Source: Chiloscyllium plagiosum
Lineage: Eukaryota
Length of the DNA: 20,000 nucleotides
Direction of reading: 5' to 3'
NCBI RefSeq assembly: GCF_004010195.1
Contig: NC_057719.1
Span: forward strand, 17,097,292 to 17,117,291
The position numbers and the translations under genes are program-made. How positions within the stretch are numbered: the first letter of the stretch is position 1; every line of letters begins with the position of its first letter. Of the stretch, positions 19,884 to 20,000 are shown piece after piece. The notes below the pieces were generated by a model. It was not told where the DNA came from and ran no database searches. It was given only the letters and a program-made list of their open reading frames with translations.

Positions 19884-20000
19884 GGAGAAAGTGAGGTCTT
19901 CAGATGCTGGAGATCAGAGCTGAAAATGTGTTGCTGGAAAAGCGCAGCAGGTCAGGCAGCATCCAGGGAACAGGAGAATCGACGTTTCGGGCATAAGCCC
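19884..20000 (-). mobile_element. PLE 3' tail (young family), running off the window end within hammerhead stem II
   Basis: Near identical to 12340-12457; ends gacgtttcgggcataagccc. Confidence 0.9.

Overview
This is vertebrate DNA, almost certainly from a shark or other elasmobranch. It is repeat-dense and intronic or intergenic, and it contains no intact protein-coding gene. Most of the window is layered retroelement debris: several degenerate CR1-clade LINEs, tRNA-derived HE1 (V-SINE) and SacSINE1/DeuSINE-like SINEs, a probable Gypsy-type solo LTR and a possible Harbinger Myb/SANT remnant. Three families of Penelope-like elements (PLEs) are also present, each carrying a minimal type-I hammerhead ribozyme motif (CUGANGA-stem II-GAAA, with a palindromic ACGU or AGCU in place of stem III). 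The most notable signal is a young PLE family with 6 insertions. The five complete ones have 9-16 bp target-site duplications, and in four of them the fold-back or 5' junction falls at the hammerhead core. One rearranged copy (33-1164) shows clustered A-to-G changes that destroy its ribozyme core, which may be reverse-transcribed ADAR hyper-editing. Two phase-compatible candidate exons (1961-2061 and 15929-16010) may belong to an unidentified host gene. Family names come from recognising motifs by eye, not from database searches.
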